In this document: piece by piece, positions 8,294 through 17,295 of the stretch
Layout: each line of letters starts with the position of its first letter
How positions within the stretch are numbered: the first letter of the stretch is position 1
The notes under the pieces: model-generated
The model's database searches: none
Told to the model about the DNA's origin: nothing
What the model saw: only the letters and a program-made list of their open reading frames with translations
Program-made: the position numbers and the translations under genes
DNA from: a virus
Strand: one strand, 5' to 3'
Virus record (IMG/VR): IMGVR_UViG_3300025168_000039
Location: 1 to 64,000 of that record
Length of the DNA: 64,000 bases

Positions 8294-9796
8294 TTATTGT
8301 AGTGCTTTCACAGTCAGTAAGGAGAATGTAGTAGAACCATCATTTATTCTTGTAATATAAAAGAAAAATTCATGTCCATTTGTAGTTGTTATAGTATCTC
8401 CATCTGTAACAGTATAACCAGAAGTAGTTATAGTTCCTGCACTGGCATTATTTTTATATAATATAACCAGAGTACAATTTTTAGCAGGAACAGCTAATGT
8501 ATGTGCGCCTCCATTAGTTGCATACTGAAAATTTCCGTCATCAATATCAGGAGTAAATGTACCTGATGATTTTGTACCACAGTTATAAGCAGCAGCACTA
8601 AATCCTGCAGTTAGTTCATCTGGTGTATCAGCTTTTAAAATATCTGCATCAAAAGCCTCAACGTCACTTCCGATTGCTACCCCAAGATTTGTTCTAGCAG
8701 TACTATCACTAGCTAAACCTGAAAGATTATTTGCTTTTAATAGAGCAGCAGAATTAATAGATGTTATGGCTGCTTTGTTAACACTAGTTAATACACTTAC
8801 AGCAGCAATATTAGTATTACTATTACCTATGCTTGTTGCTAAAGCTGAAGAAGTATTAGCTATTCTTACTAAGTTGACACTTGTTAATGCACTAACTGCA
8901 GCAATATTAGTGTTACTATTACCTATGCTTGTAGCTAAAGCTGAAGAAGTATTAGCTACTCTTGTATTTACAGATGTTATAGCTGCTAAATTAACACTCG
9001 TTAACGCGCTAACAGCAGCTAGAGCAGAAGCACTAGGAACTGCAGCACCACCTATAAATACATTAGTAGCTGCAAATAAATTTGCCGCAGAAACATTACC
9101 ACTAAACTCTGCCGCAGTACCACTAACTTTGCCTGTAAAAGCTGCGCCATTTACAACAGTAAGTTGGTTAGTTGTAAAGGCTGCGACTGATGTAGCGGCA
9201 GATGCTTCAACGCCTGTTAAGTTTGATCCGTCACCAAAATAAGATGCTGCAGTTACATTACCAGTGAATTTAGCAGCAGTACCAAAGAATGTAGAAGCAG
9301 ATACTGCTCCTGTCATAGCAAGAGTTGTACCACTTACTTTACCTGTAAATATACCTGTTGCACCAGCGAATGTTGCTGCCGATACTATACCGCTAAACTC
9401 TGCAGTTGTTCCACTAACTTTACCTGTAAATGCTGCACCATTCACAACAGTAAGTTGATTAACAGTAAATGCTGCAACTGATGTAGCAGCAGATGCTTCA
9501 ACGCCTGTTAGATTAGAACCATCACCAAAATAAGTTGCTGCGCATACAGCAGCTATTATAGTAGCAGAGTCGCCTGTTATCTTTCCTGATGCACTAAGAG
9601 CAGCACCAACGGTTAGTTTACCTGTTGTCTCAACTTCAGAGTTACTTATTTTTAAAGCAGAGTTTGTCCCTTCACCATCTGAAACAAACCGTACAGTTGA
9701 ATCAACTCCGTCATTACTATTACTTACTTGAAGTAAATCTTTATAAGTGTTTGATATAAGTTTGCCAGTGAGTGTTGCCATTATATTAGATTCCAA
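8294..9796 (-). CDS. Long tail fibre protein with internal repeats (likely start 9781)
   Basis: YFGDGSNLTG twice; NNLSGLA...ARTNLGV fibre motif; Ala/Ser/Thr/Val-rich. Confidence 0.8.
   Translation of the reverse strand: MESNIMATLTGKLISNTYKDLLQVSNSNDGVDSTVRFVSDGEGTNSALKISNSEVETTGKLTVGAALSASGKITGDSATIIAAVCAATYFGDGSNLTGVEASAATSVAAFTVNQLTVVNGAAFTGKVSGTTAEFSGIVSAATFAGATGIFTGKVSGTTLAMTGAVSASTFFGTAAKFTGNVTAASYFGDGSNLTGVEASAATSVAAFTTNQLTVVNGAAFTGKVSGTAAEFSGNVSAANLFAATNVFIGGAAVPSASALAAVSALTSVNLAAITSVNTRVANTSSALATSIGNSNTNIAAVSALTSVNLVRIANTSSALATSIGNSNTNIAAVSVLTSVNKAAITSINSAALLKANNLSGLASDSTARTNLGVAIGSDVEAFDADILKADTPDELTAGFSAAAYNCGTKSSGTFTPDIDDGNFQYATNGGAHTLAVPAKNCTLVILYKNNASAGTITTSGYTVTDGDTITTTNGHEFFFYITRINDGSTTFSLLTVKALQ
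8778..8958 (-). repeat. Near-identical in-frame tandem repeat, 96-bp period (32 aa)
   Basis: ANTSSALATSIGNSNTNIAAVS twice; matching DNA starts at 8802 and 8898. Confidence 0.9.
9102..9536 (-). repeat. In-frame direct repeat of ~140 bp, 291-bp offset (97 aa)
   Basis: YFGDGSNLTGVEASAATSVAAFTxNQLTVVNGAAFTGKVSGTxAEFSG twice; copies ~9102-9245 and ~9393-9536. Confidence 0.9.
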
Positions 9797-10059
9797 AATT
9801 TATCTGTGTCTTCCCATTTAGTATTGGCGTTTTGCCATTCAAGATTTCTATCTGAGTTAGACGGTGGACGGGGATTACGAATATTTGTATCATCTCTTAC
9901 ATCAGGTGCTTTATTCTGTGGATGGTTTTTTAAATCATATGCTCCATCAAAGTCAGTAGGACAAACAAGTAAACCATAACTGTTAAGTTTCATTACTCTA
10001 TGTGGGTAGACAAAACCACACATATCACATACAGCTTTGGCATTCTTATTACTCGCCAT
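9781..10059 (-). CDS. Small virion protein with Zn-ribbon-like Cys motif
   Basis: CDMCG...LVCPTD...HPQ. Confidence 0.6.
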   Translation of the reverse strand: MASNKNAKAVCDMCGFVYPHRVMKLNSYGLLVCPTDFDGAYDLKNHPQNKAPDVRDDTNIRNPRPPSNSDRNLEWQNANTKWEDTDKFWNLI

Positions 10060-10061
10060 TA

Positions 10062-10736
10062 TTATACCCTATTTATTCGAGGTAAAAAATAAGCACTTGC
10101 TCTTTCTCTATCTTCATTCATAGCATTCGTAAGACGTTCTTCATACTCTGCTTTGAGAAGACCGATACGACCTACATCTATACCTGGACGTTTCATAGCC
10201 ATGTAGTAAGCTAACCCTGTAGTTAGGCAAGGCAAAAACCTACGAGATATGTCTGCATTCTGACCAGCAGATTTTGTTACATCTTCTGTATATTTAACCT
10301 GTTCTAGTTTTAAAATGTCTGTAGTATTCTCTGGGATAGGCCAAAGGAATAAAACAGGATTACCTCTTCCCCTACGAATAGCATATTGGTTAGGTCTTCC
10401 TGTTTGACTTTTACGAGGAATTTTTAAATACTCTTCCATTGTAATACGTTCAAGTTGAAGATCAACATCGTCTCGTCTAACAACTGCTTCAGTAATATCA
10501 ATGGTACTTGATGTTAAAGCATACGATGTTACACTAGTAGATACTGAAATAGCAGTTGTACCAGCAGTCCAAAGGAGAATGCCACGGTTCTGCCAATCTT
10601 GAAGAAGAAGATTAATCGACCTACGAGCAGATTTAGGTTCGTGTCCTAGTGTCTGCTCACCACCAATCATCTCCGTTGCTTCTTGAATAACTTCATCAAT
10701 GTCCATTGAGAAGTCGTATGTTCCGCTAGTAGCCAT
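10062..10736 (-). CDS. Head-tail adaptor-like protein
   Basis: SARRSINLL..DWQNRG, GRPNQY..LWPIP, FLPCLTTGLAYY pattern. Confidence 0.6.
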   Translation of the reverse strand: MATSGTYDFSMDIDEVIQEATEMIGGEQTLGHEPKSARRSINLLLQDWQNRGILLWTAGTTAISVSTSVTSYALTSSTIDITEAVVRRDDVDLQLERITMEEYLKIPRKSQTGRPNQYAIRRGRGNPVLFLWPIPENTTDILKLEQVKYTEDVTKSAGQNADISRRFLPCLTTGLAYYMAMKRPGIDVGRIGLLKAEYEERLTNAMNEDRERASAYFLPRINRV

Positions 10737-10746
10737 TTAGTTATTC

Positions 10747-10950
10747 CTAGTCTTTGTATTCTATGATTTTACCTGGATCATAGTCCACCACAACATCTTG
10801 TTCTTTGGCTTTAATCTGTGGACCTTTGCGTGCAGCGCCGTATCCCTGACCAGTAGGACGACCTGTCATCTTATCTATATCTTCTGCAGTACGAGGATTA
10901 CGAATATAATTATAAGTATATTCTTTTATTCCCTCTGGATTATTTGACAT
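10747..10950 (-). CDS. Small hypothetical protein with GQGYGAARKG motif
   Basis: ORF track; AGGAG RBS. Confidence 0.65.
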   Translation of the reverse strand: MSNNPEGIKEYTYNYIRNPRTAEDIDKMTGRPTGQGYGAARKGPQIKAKEQDVVVDYDPGKIIEYKD

Positions 10951-10952
10951 CT

Positions 10953-11081
10953 TTATCTCCTTTTAGACTTACCATTCCTATTTGTTTTTAAAGCAATTGA
11001 TCTAATAAGCTTATTTCTTTTTTTCTTTTTAGACGGTGCTTTAAGAATTTGTTGGCTTATCTTTGATCTATTTATTGCCAC
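10953..11081 (-). CDS. 42-aa basic peptide whose N-terminus mimics the major capsid protein
   Basis: GTG start; MAINRSKISQQILKAPSKKKKRNKLIRSIALKTNRNGKSKRR; fills the operon gap. Confidence 0.6.
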   Translation of the reverse strand: MAINRSKISQQILKAPSKKKKRNKLIRSIALKTNRNGKSKRR

Positions 11082-11095
11082 TCTACATGTCACAA

Positions 11096-11245
11096 TTAGT
11101 AAAGACGATTATGAGATGCTTTGCCTGTAGCGCCACCTTTAGACATATACTTGCTTTTCTTCACCGCTCCACCCTTAGACATATACTTTGTTTTTTTCAT
11201 AGCGCCGCCCTTTTTCATCTTTGACATATACTTACTTTTTTTCAT
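11096..11245 (-). CDS. 49-aa basic peptide built from KxKYMSKGGA repeats
   Basis: MKKSKYMSKMKKGGAMKKTKYMSKGGAVKKSKYMSKGGATGKASHNRLY; AAGGA RBS; repeats differ at synonymous positions. Confidence 0.8.
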   Translation of the reverse strand: MKKSKYMSKMKKGGAMKKTKYMSKGGAVKKSKYMSKGGATGKASHNRLY

Positions 11246-11909
11246 CTTCGGTTTCCTTTTGATATAAATTATTAAAAGTTAAATAAGGATTCATGTAGCT
11301 ATCATCTATTTCTGCTGAATGAATATACTGACTTGGTAAAAAGTCTGGCGCGCCTTCACCAGTTACCCATAAAGCAGGATTAGTTACTCTTACTCTATTG
11401 TTTGGTAATGCTACAATATTACCAGTATATTCTCCTGCATCAATTAATTCTAAAATATGCGACTGCTTATGTTGTGCAGGATCATCTGATATAGAACTAT
11501 CTGTATAATCTACCGTAAATAAATATCTCCCAGTGTGAAAAACATTGTCTATCTTACATAACCAAGGACTTGAAGATACTCTTTCCATTACTATTATAGC
11601 ATGATTTCTAGAAGAACAATCCCAAGGTTGAGCTAAATGGGTGGGCATTTTAACAGGCCATTCCTCTAACCTAGTATCAGCTACTAAAGCTGTGATGGGC
11701 ATCCTTGCCCACATTGCCCCACCATGTACATTTTCTTCTTCATCACATCCAGTAAATACAACATTAAAAGTTAATGATCTGTCTGGTATTGTATTAACTG
11801 CAATTACTAAAGCGTGTAAATATTCTCCTTCATAGTCCATATGGTTATTAGTAAATTCTTTACGCACCCAACATTTAAATTGTGGGATGTTTGAACTTAG
11901 ATATGTCAT
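11232..11909 (-). CDS. Conserved phage protein of unknown function (Cys/His-containing globular domain)
   Basis: 225 aa; WARMPITA, QPWDC, HKQSH, PNNR motifs. Confidence 0.7.
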   Translation of the reverse strand: MTYLSSNIPQFKCWVRKEFTNNHMDYEGEYLHALVIAVNTIPDRSLTFNVVFTGCDEEENVHGGAMWARMPITALVADTRLEEWPVKMPTHLAQPWDCSSRNHAIIVMERVSSSPWLCKIDNVFHTGRYLFTVDYTDSSISDDPAQHKQSHILELIDAGEYTGNIVALPNNRVRVTNPALWVTGEGAPDFLPSQYIHSAEIDDSYMNPYLTFNNLYQKETEDEKK

Positions 11910-11946
11910 TTTATTTTTTACTTTTATATTTGTAAGGTTTCTTTCT

Positions 11947-12258
11947 TTAACACTTCCATCTTTTTCTAGCTTGCCTAAGTCTTGAGTTAGGATTCTTAGC
12001 AGCTTTAGGAAACTTCTTCATCTGTCCTGCTGATCTAGCGCAATAACTCTTACGTCTTGCTGCTCTCTTACCAGTAGGTTTAGATTCAGTTACAGCAGTT
12101 TTAAGTTTACTACCAGGATTTTGTCTGCGGTATTTAGCTACTCCTTTAGCAGTTAGACCAGCACCAGATTTAGTAGGACGTTTATGACCACCACCGATAG
12201 TCATTCCTTTCATGCCTGTGCCTTTTCGTACACTTTTCTTTTTTGTTCTTACTGCCAT
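11947..12258 (-). CDS. Basic protein (DUF6321-like)
   Basis: GLTAKG...RRKSYCARS...RKRWKC. Confidence 0.65.
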   Translation of the reverse strand: MAVRTKKKSVRKGTGMKGMTIGGGHKRPTKSGAGLTAKGVAKYRRQNPGSKLKTAVTESKPTGKRAARRKSYCARSAGQMKKFPKAAKNPNSRLRQARKRWKC

Positions 12259-12266
12259 GCTATAAC

Positions 12267-12740
12267 CTATTTACCTTTCATAGCTCTGCCAAAACCTTTC
12301 TTGGCTACTCCACACCCTCTAGGCTTAATTTGACCACCTCCTGACTTAAATGTTTTTACCATTGTAGGCTTGCCGCCTACTCCTTGAGGTTTAGCTCTTT
12401 TCCTTTTAACAGCAGACTTCTTCTCAGAAGCTGACATACTTTTTGCTTTAGCAAGCGGCACACACTTAGGATATTTTCTTTTACTTCCTTTAGTAGATTT
12501 TCTACCACAAGGTTGATACTTACCATCCTTCTTTGGCGCACCAATGTCAACCCATTTCTCACCTACCCACTTCCGAAGACCGCCTCCCTTTTTCTTTTTA
12601 ACAGCCTTTTTCTTTTTCTTTCCACCAGGAGTTACTTTGCCACTACAAACTGCAGATGCATACATATTAGCATAAGCTGATGGATAAACATCAAACTTTC
12701 TTTTTGCTGCAGCTTTTCCTTTAGGACAAAGTTTAGCCAT
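12267..12740 (-). CDS. Basic protein (DUF5872-like)
   Basis: YPSAYAN, GLRKWVGEKWVD, YPKCVP motifs. Confidence 0.65.
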   Translation of the reverse strand: MAKLCPKGKAAAKRKFDVYPSAYANMYASAVCSGKVTPGGKKKKKAVKKKKGGGLRKWVGEKWVDIGAPKKDGKYQPCGRKSTKGSKRKYPKCVPLAKAKSMSASEKKSAVKRKRAKPQGVGGKPTMVKTFKSGGGQIKPRGCGVAKKGFGRAMKGK

Positions 12741-12742
12741 AC

Positions 12743-13714
12743 TTAAACCCAGCCGCCTCCTGTACCTCTAGTACGTTTATTTCCTTTACTAGCACCTATA
12801 TTAGGTTTAAAACCTCTGAGTGCAGCACGAACACCGCGAGGTGCTTTACTTACTTTCTTCTTCTTACCTTTTCCTACACGACCACCCTTTGAGTCGCCTT
12901 CATAATCTTCTGCTTCTTCTAGTCTTTCACGTACTTCATCAGACATTTTATTCCTGTCTACTTCATACATTGTTTCATATCCCTCTTTTCGAGATATTTT
13001 ACCAGGATAAAAAGCATAACGTCCACCTTCTGTTGGATCGTTTGTTTTAGTAGCACTAACAGTCGGTTCTTTTCTAGGTTTTTTTGTTTCAATAGTAGGA
13101 GTAGTAGTAGTAGGTTTTTCAATACGTTTCTTAGGAACAGGTTTTTTCTTTTCTCCATTTGTAAGAACAGCAGCGGTTCCTGCAACTGCTGCTGTAGCTG
13201 CGGCACCACGACGAATATTTTTAGCTTTTTTAACTACTCCTTTACCTACTGGTCTAGAACCTAGTGGTTTACCATCTGGTCCTTTACCAAATGTTGGTTT
13301 AACAAGATTACCTGGAGTTTTTTGAACTACTGTTTTTGTTTTACCATCTGCACTTTTAATAATTTTAGTTTTAGTCTTCCCACCAACTCTTTTATCTATT
13401 CCTAATGCTAATCTAACAGCATCTATATTATTTTTACCTACTGCTGCTTTAAGGTTTTTAATAGCTTTAGGTGCTAATGTTGCTAGTTTAGCAGTAATTT
13501 TTGCCATGCCTAATCCAGGAATAGCATACGAAAGTACCTCTGCAGCAAGTCTTGCATTCTTTCTTGTTTCTTGAGTTTTTGGTTTTGCTATTTGATTTTG
13601 TCTTTTAAGCTGGGCAGGAAAACCTGAGCGTAGTCTTTGACGAATAGTCATTTTTTCTACAGCTCTTTTTTGCTGTTCGTTCAGGTTTTTATATTTTTCT
13701 TCTTTTGTAGCCAT
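12743..13714 (-). CDS. Lys-rich low-complexity protein, probable internal head protein
   Basis: 323 aa; C-terminal DSKGGRVGKGK...RGVRAALRGF. Confidence 0.65.
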   Translation of the reverse strand: MATKEEKYKNLNEQQKRAVEKMTIRQRLRSGFPAQLKRQNQIAKPKTQETRKNARLAAEVLSYAIPGLGMAKITAKLATLAPKAIKNLKAAVGKNNIDAVRLALGIDKRVGGKTKTKIIKSADGKTKTVVQKTPGNLVKPTFGKGPDGKPLGSRPVGKGVVKKAKNIRRGAAATAAVAGTAAVLTNGEKKKPVPKKRIEKPTTTTPTIETKKPRKEPTVSATKTNDPTEGGRYAFYPGKISRKEGYETMYEVDRNKMSDEVRERLEEAEDYEGDSKGGRVGKGKKKKVSKAPRGVRAALRGFKPNIGASKGNKRTRGTGGGWV

Positions 13715-13729
13715 AGTAGTCTCCTCTAA

Positions 13730-14077
13730 TTAAAAGCCACGTAAAGCAACACCTGCTCCACGGCCTGAAAAGTTATTTCTTTTTTTAACTTTTTGTTTTT
13801 TATTCTTGCCTTTTCCTACACGACCACCGTCAGACTCACCAACAGAATCACTATTAGGACCACTAATGTTACTTGCTAAATCATAAAAGTCAGGCATACT
13901 TTCTTGTTGCTGTTCATAAGCTGTATCAAACTCTGCGTCTGACATACCATCACCTTTACCATCACCTTTTTTACGCTTTCTTTTTCCTCCTCCTTTATTC
14001 TTAGCATCCAACTCTCTTTGGTACTTTGTAGCAGGACTTTCATTAGGGTTAAGAGGATCAAAAATAGGACCGGCCAT
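13730..14077 (-). CDS. Low-complexity protein, probable internal head protein
   Basis: C-terminal ESDGGRVGKGK...RGAGVALRGF shared with the neighbouring gene. Confidence 0.65.
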   Translation of the reverse strand: MAGPIFDPLNPNESPATKYQRELDAKNKGGGKRKRKKGDGKGDGMSDAEFDTAYEQQQESMPDFYDLASNISGPNSDSVGESDGGRVGKGKNKKQKVKKRNNFSGRGAGVALRGF

Positions 14078-14088
14078 TATAGTCTCCT

Positions 14089-14745
14089 TTAATTAGTATT
14101 AGTTACTAGATTGTCATCTGCACCAGCAGGACTTGCAGGACTTTGCATATCATCTCTACGTGTTCTACGTGCCTGATTGCGCTGTAGTTCTAGAAGCTGT
14201 GCATATCGTTGTTCAAATAATTGTGAAGTAGGATAGTCTTTTTGAAAGACCATAGCCTCTATCATAGAAGCATTAAAAAGAAGGTCATAACAAAAGTCAG
14301 TATAATAGTTTTCAGGAGTTGCGGATGTTAATGTTACTGGGCGACTAACATGTACAACTTGTCCACTGTAAGTAGAAGCAGGAGTAGGCGCAATCAAAAC
14401 TGTAGAATTATTACGAGGAGCGTAATATCTTGGTTCATCAGTCGATGCGCTTACAGGCCAGTAGTCATTAATATATTCATCTGTTCTTTGCAACAAATTA
14501 ATTTTTGTAGAGTTACTTACAATATTAATATTCTTAACTATTCTTGTTCCTGTAGGTAAAGTAAGAATATTATTCCCAGAAGAAACAGCAACAGAAGTAT
14601 AAGAAACTAAACCATAGTCATCTAAGTCTTTTGTTAAACGCTCTTCAGCACGATTGACCATATTAGGAATATAGTTAACAAACTCTGTTCCTTCATTCTC
14701 AGATGCTTGAATAATATCGTTTACCAAATAAGTATAATTAACCAT
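14089..14745 (-). CDS. Head-tail adaptor/connector protein
   Basis: MxNYxxL, AEERL, PRYYA..IAPTP, DLLFNASMIEA pattern; downstream of MCP. Confidence 0.65.
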   Translation of the reverse strand: MVNYTYLVNDIIQASENEGTEFVNYIPNMVNRAEERLTKDLDDYGLVSYTSVAVSSGNNILTLPTGTRIVKNINIVSNSTKINLLQRTDEYINDYWPVSASTDEPRYYAPRNNSTVLIAPTPASTYSGQVVHVSRPVTLTSATPENYYTDFCYDLLFNASMIEAMVFQKDYPTSQLFEQRYAQLLELQRNQARRTRRDDMQSPASPAGADDNLVTNTN

Positions 14746-15043
14746 AGAACACTGCTATTGTTGCTGTCGAAGATGGAGCAGAAACCATAACTGCTCCTTT
14801 CATTGCAACACCTAAATCAGAAAAGTAAACCTCATTTGCATCACATGCTGTAGTATTTACAAATCGAATATTGTTTCCTTTAACTGTGCCTCTTGCATCA
14901 GTAGAAGTTCCAGTAATAAGAAACTGACCAACACCTGTAGCAAATACGGAACGAATACGAGTATCTGTAAGAGGAACACTCGTTACAGTATCAAGAGCCG
15001 CCCCACTCCCAGTTATAAATCCCTGTCGAATAGTAGTTGCCAT
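14738..15043 (-). CDS. Small virion structural protein
   Basis: Beta-rich 101 aa, directly after the MCP terminator. Confidence 0.6.
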   Translation of the reverse strand: MATTIRQGFITGSGAALDTVTSVPLTDTRIRSVFATGVGQFLITGTSTDARGTVKGNNIRFVNTTACDANEVYFSDLGVAMKGAVMVSAPSSTATIAVFYG

Positions 15044-15105
15044 GTTTTGTTCCTTTGCATAAATAGAATTTAATTATTTGTATTATATAACAAGACCAGT
15101 AATTA

Positions 15106-15155
15106 CAAAAGCAAAGGGTGAAGAAAAAGAAGTTTATGTCTTTCTCTCCACCCTT
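15106..15155 (-). terminator. Intrinsic terminator after the major capsid gene
   Basis: Minus strand AGGGTGGAGAGAAAGA/TCTTTTTCTTCACCCT stem followed by TTGCTTTTG. Confidence 0.7.
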
Positions 15156-15193
15156 ACTTAATTTAGTCTATATTAGCCTAATTTACGCTGCTC

Positions 15194-16138
15194 TTAGGAC
15201 GAACCAGAAGCACCATAATAGCTACGCCAATCAGAAAAGCCAAAGCTGTAACGCTCACGCGCTTTAAACCTAAGATTGCCTGTATCGAAATCAGGTTCCA
15301 TCTTAGTTTGAAGAGGCGAACGTACAAACATTTTAGCTCCGTTCGGACAATCAGTACGCAGATACCAAGCATTTCCATCTTGGAACCTACGGTTTACATA
15401 AAAGCCACCAGGAACTAGACCCTGATTACGGACGCTGTTAATGTCATTGACATTCGTTGCACCGTTTGCAGCAGTCGTTGGGTTAACCCCAATTGTCGTT
15501 GACATCGTGCTATTCAAAATTTGGTCTGCCGTAAAGGCAAGGTCCGAAGGCACATGAAGCGACTCAACCTGTAAACCAATAAGAATACCACGATCATCTG
15601 TTGCTTTTGAGATAGTGATCAACGCAGACTCAAGAGACGCTTCTGAAAGATCAGTAGCACCAAGAGAATTTGATTGAACACCACCACCAACTACAGGATG
15701 ACTAACGCTAAAGAAAGGCTGTCCGTCCCCACCAGGACTTCCTGCCGCAAAGCCGTTGTTGAAAACATCAGCAGCTTTAACTTGCTTAGTGTTAGCCATT
15801 GCACGGGCAAGACCACGCGCACGTAGTTTAGCAAAAGTGTCATAAAGATTATCTTCCATAGCTTCTTCAGTTACTGCAAAAGCAAGAGCTATAGTCTCGT
15901 GACTGTAACGAGAAGCATAGCCTTCTTGTGCATCATCAAACTGAACAGCAGCGCCTTCACTTTTAACAGGTGCTGTGCCAAAGCCGGTAAATAGAACTTC
16001 TTCCTCAAATGCACGATCTGATTGTTCAATATCAAAGAGTGAAGCATGTTCATTGTCCACATCCGTGTATTCAATACCAAATACAGCATTTAAACCAGGG
16101 AGCAGTTCTTTCGCAATACTAGAGCGATTAATAGCCAT
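15194..16138 (-). CDS. Major capsid protein (HK97 fold)
   Basis: MAINRSSIAKELLPGLNAVFG...FKARERYSFGFSDWR; position after scaffold and decoration genes. Confidence 0.9.
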   Translation of the reverse strand: MAINRSSIAKELLPGLNAVFGIEYTDVDNEHASLFDIEQSDRAFEEEVLFTGFGTAPVKSEGAAVQFDDAQEGYASRYSHETIALAFAVTEEAMEDNLYDTFAKLRARGLARAMANTKQVKAADVFNNGFAAGSPGGDGQPFFSVSHPVVGGGVQSNSLGATDLSEASLESALITISKATDDRGILIGLQVESLHVPSDLAFTADQILNSTMSTTIGVNPTTAANGATNVNDINSVRNQGLVPGGFYVNRRFQDGNAWYLRTDCPNGAKMFVRSPLQTKMEPDFDTGNLRFKARERYSFGFSDWRSYYGASGSS

Positions 16139-16156
16139 TTTTCATTACTCCCTTTC

Positions 16157-16744
16157 TTAGTTAGCCGATGAGTCAGCGGAGATGTAAGCATCTACGTGAC
16201 GAACGATACGAACTTCCAATTTTGGAAAAGCACGATCTGCACCAACAGTAATATCATTTCCTGGCTCATCTAATACAGAGATAGCACGAAGCATACCACC
16301 TGTAGTAGTAGTTCGAGAAGCAGCGGCAATTCCGAAGCCTGAACGACCAGTTACTGTAGAACCTGCACCTATTGTGCAACTAAAGCTCTGTGACATAATA
16401 TCACCAGCGGTGACAGAAGCATCAGCTTGAACTATAAAGGTAGCTTGTGGATCATCAACGACAAATGCTACCGCATCATCAGACGATGTCCCACTAGGCC
16501 AATAGTTGGCATACTTTACTTCACCATTGGCGGTATATTTACAACCCTGAAAAACACCTATAGCTTTTTGAGTTGAGACGCTTAAAACGACCACGTTTCC
16601 TGCTGCATTACAAACAATATCACCACTGAAAATATTGGTTCCGAAACCACTTGCAATGGGATATGTATTCGTAGCGGTACTGTTTGAGGCACCTCCACGT
16701 TTGCGAGAAGGACTAAGGCCGTTTAGTGCTTTTGTATCAGTCAT
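16157..16744 (-). CDS. Capsid decoration / minor capsid protein
   Basis: IFSGDIV, GVFQGCKY, VVDDP..FIVQ; immediately upstream of MCP. Confidence 0.65.
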   Translation of the reverse strand: MTDTKALNGLSPSRKRGGASNSTATNTYPIASGFGTNIFSGDIVCNAAGNVVVLSVSTQKAIGVFQGCKYTANGEVKYANYWPSGTSSDDAVAFVVDDPQATFIVQADASVTAGDIMSQSFSCTIGAGSTVTGRSGFGIAAASRTTTTGGMLRAISVLDEPGNDITVGADRAFPKLEVRIVRHVDAYISADSSAN

Positions 16745-16792
16745 TACACTATTCCTTTCCTTGTTTTAAAGTTACGATGACAAACAGAAAAG

Positions 16793-17293
16793 TTACTCTT
16801 GAAAAGAGGGTTGCTTTCCTGTAGTTACCCTTGAGCGACTAGTATTTGAAATTGGCATACGTGAATCTGAGTTACGCATTAATTGTGCGTTCACAGCGCC
16901 TACCGCTTCCCTACTTTTTTGCTCATAAAATTCTTGACGGGATTCAGCTAGGTCAGTTGGCATTTTTGCCAAAGCCAAGTCTCCACGACAGACTGCTCCT
17001 GAATATCGTCCTTCCTCTCTCACGACAGAGGAGTGTAACATTTCGGGAACTTCCTCGGATTGAACTATTTCCCAACCTTCTGCCTGACGCTTACTCATAT
17101 TTTGAATATCGTCATTACCTTTAATAGTCATACGAATCCAGCGCAAAGACATGCCTTCGTTCTTGAATCGTTCTATAGCAGTTGGTGGAATATCTAACCA
17201 GTTAGGTTCTTCAAAAGTCCTACGAGGTTTAGCTTCCCTTGTGCTTGTACTACGTGAGTTTGTATCTCGTGCCATTGTAATTTTTCCTTCCAC
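16793..17293 (-). CDS. Conserved head-module protein (likely start 17275)
   Basis: LRWIR, EGWE, GDLALAKMP motifs. Confidence 0.65.
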   Translation of the reverse strand: MEGKITMARDTNSRSTSTREAKPRRTFEEPNWLDIPPTAIERFKNEGMSLRWIRMTIKGNDDIQNMSKRQAEGWEIVQSEEVPEMLHSSVVREEGRYSGAVCRGDLALAKMPTDLAESRQEFYEQKSREAVGAVNAQLMRNSDSRMPISNTSRSRVTTGKQPSFQE

Positions 17294-17295
17294 GC

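Noticed and set aside
4847-9458. Plus-strand ORFs 4847..5314, 6141..6392, 8766..9242, 9264..9458 and similar antisense ORFs elsewhere
   Set aside because: Shadows of Ser/Thr/Ala-rich minus-strand genes with biased codons; no RBS or motifs
7421-9796. Diversity-generating retroelement acting on tail fibres
   Set aside because: No reverse transcriptase; repeats are in-frame within one gene and differences are not adenine-specific
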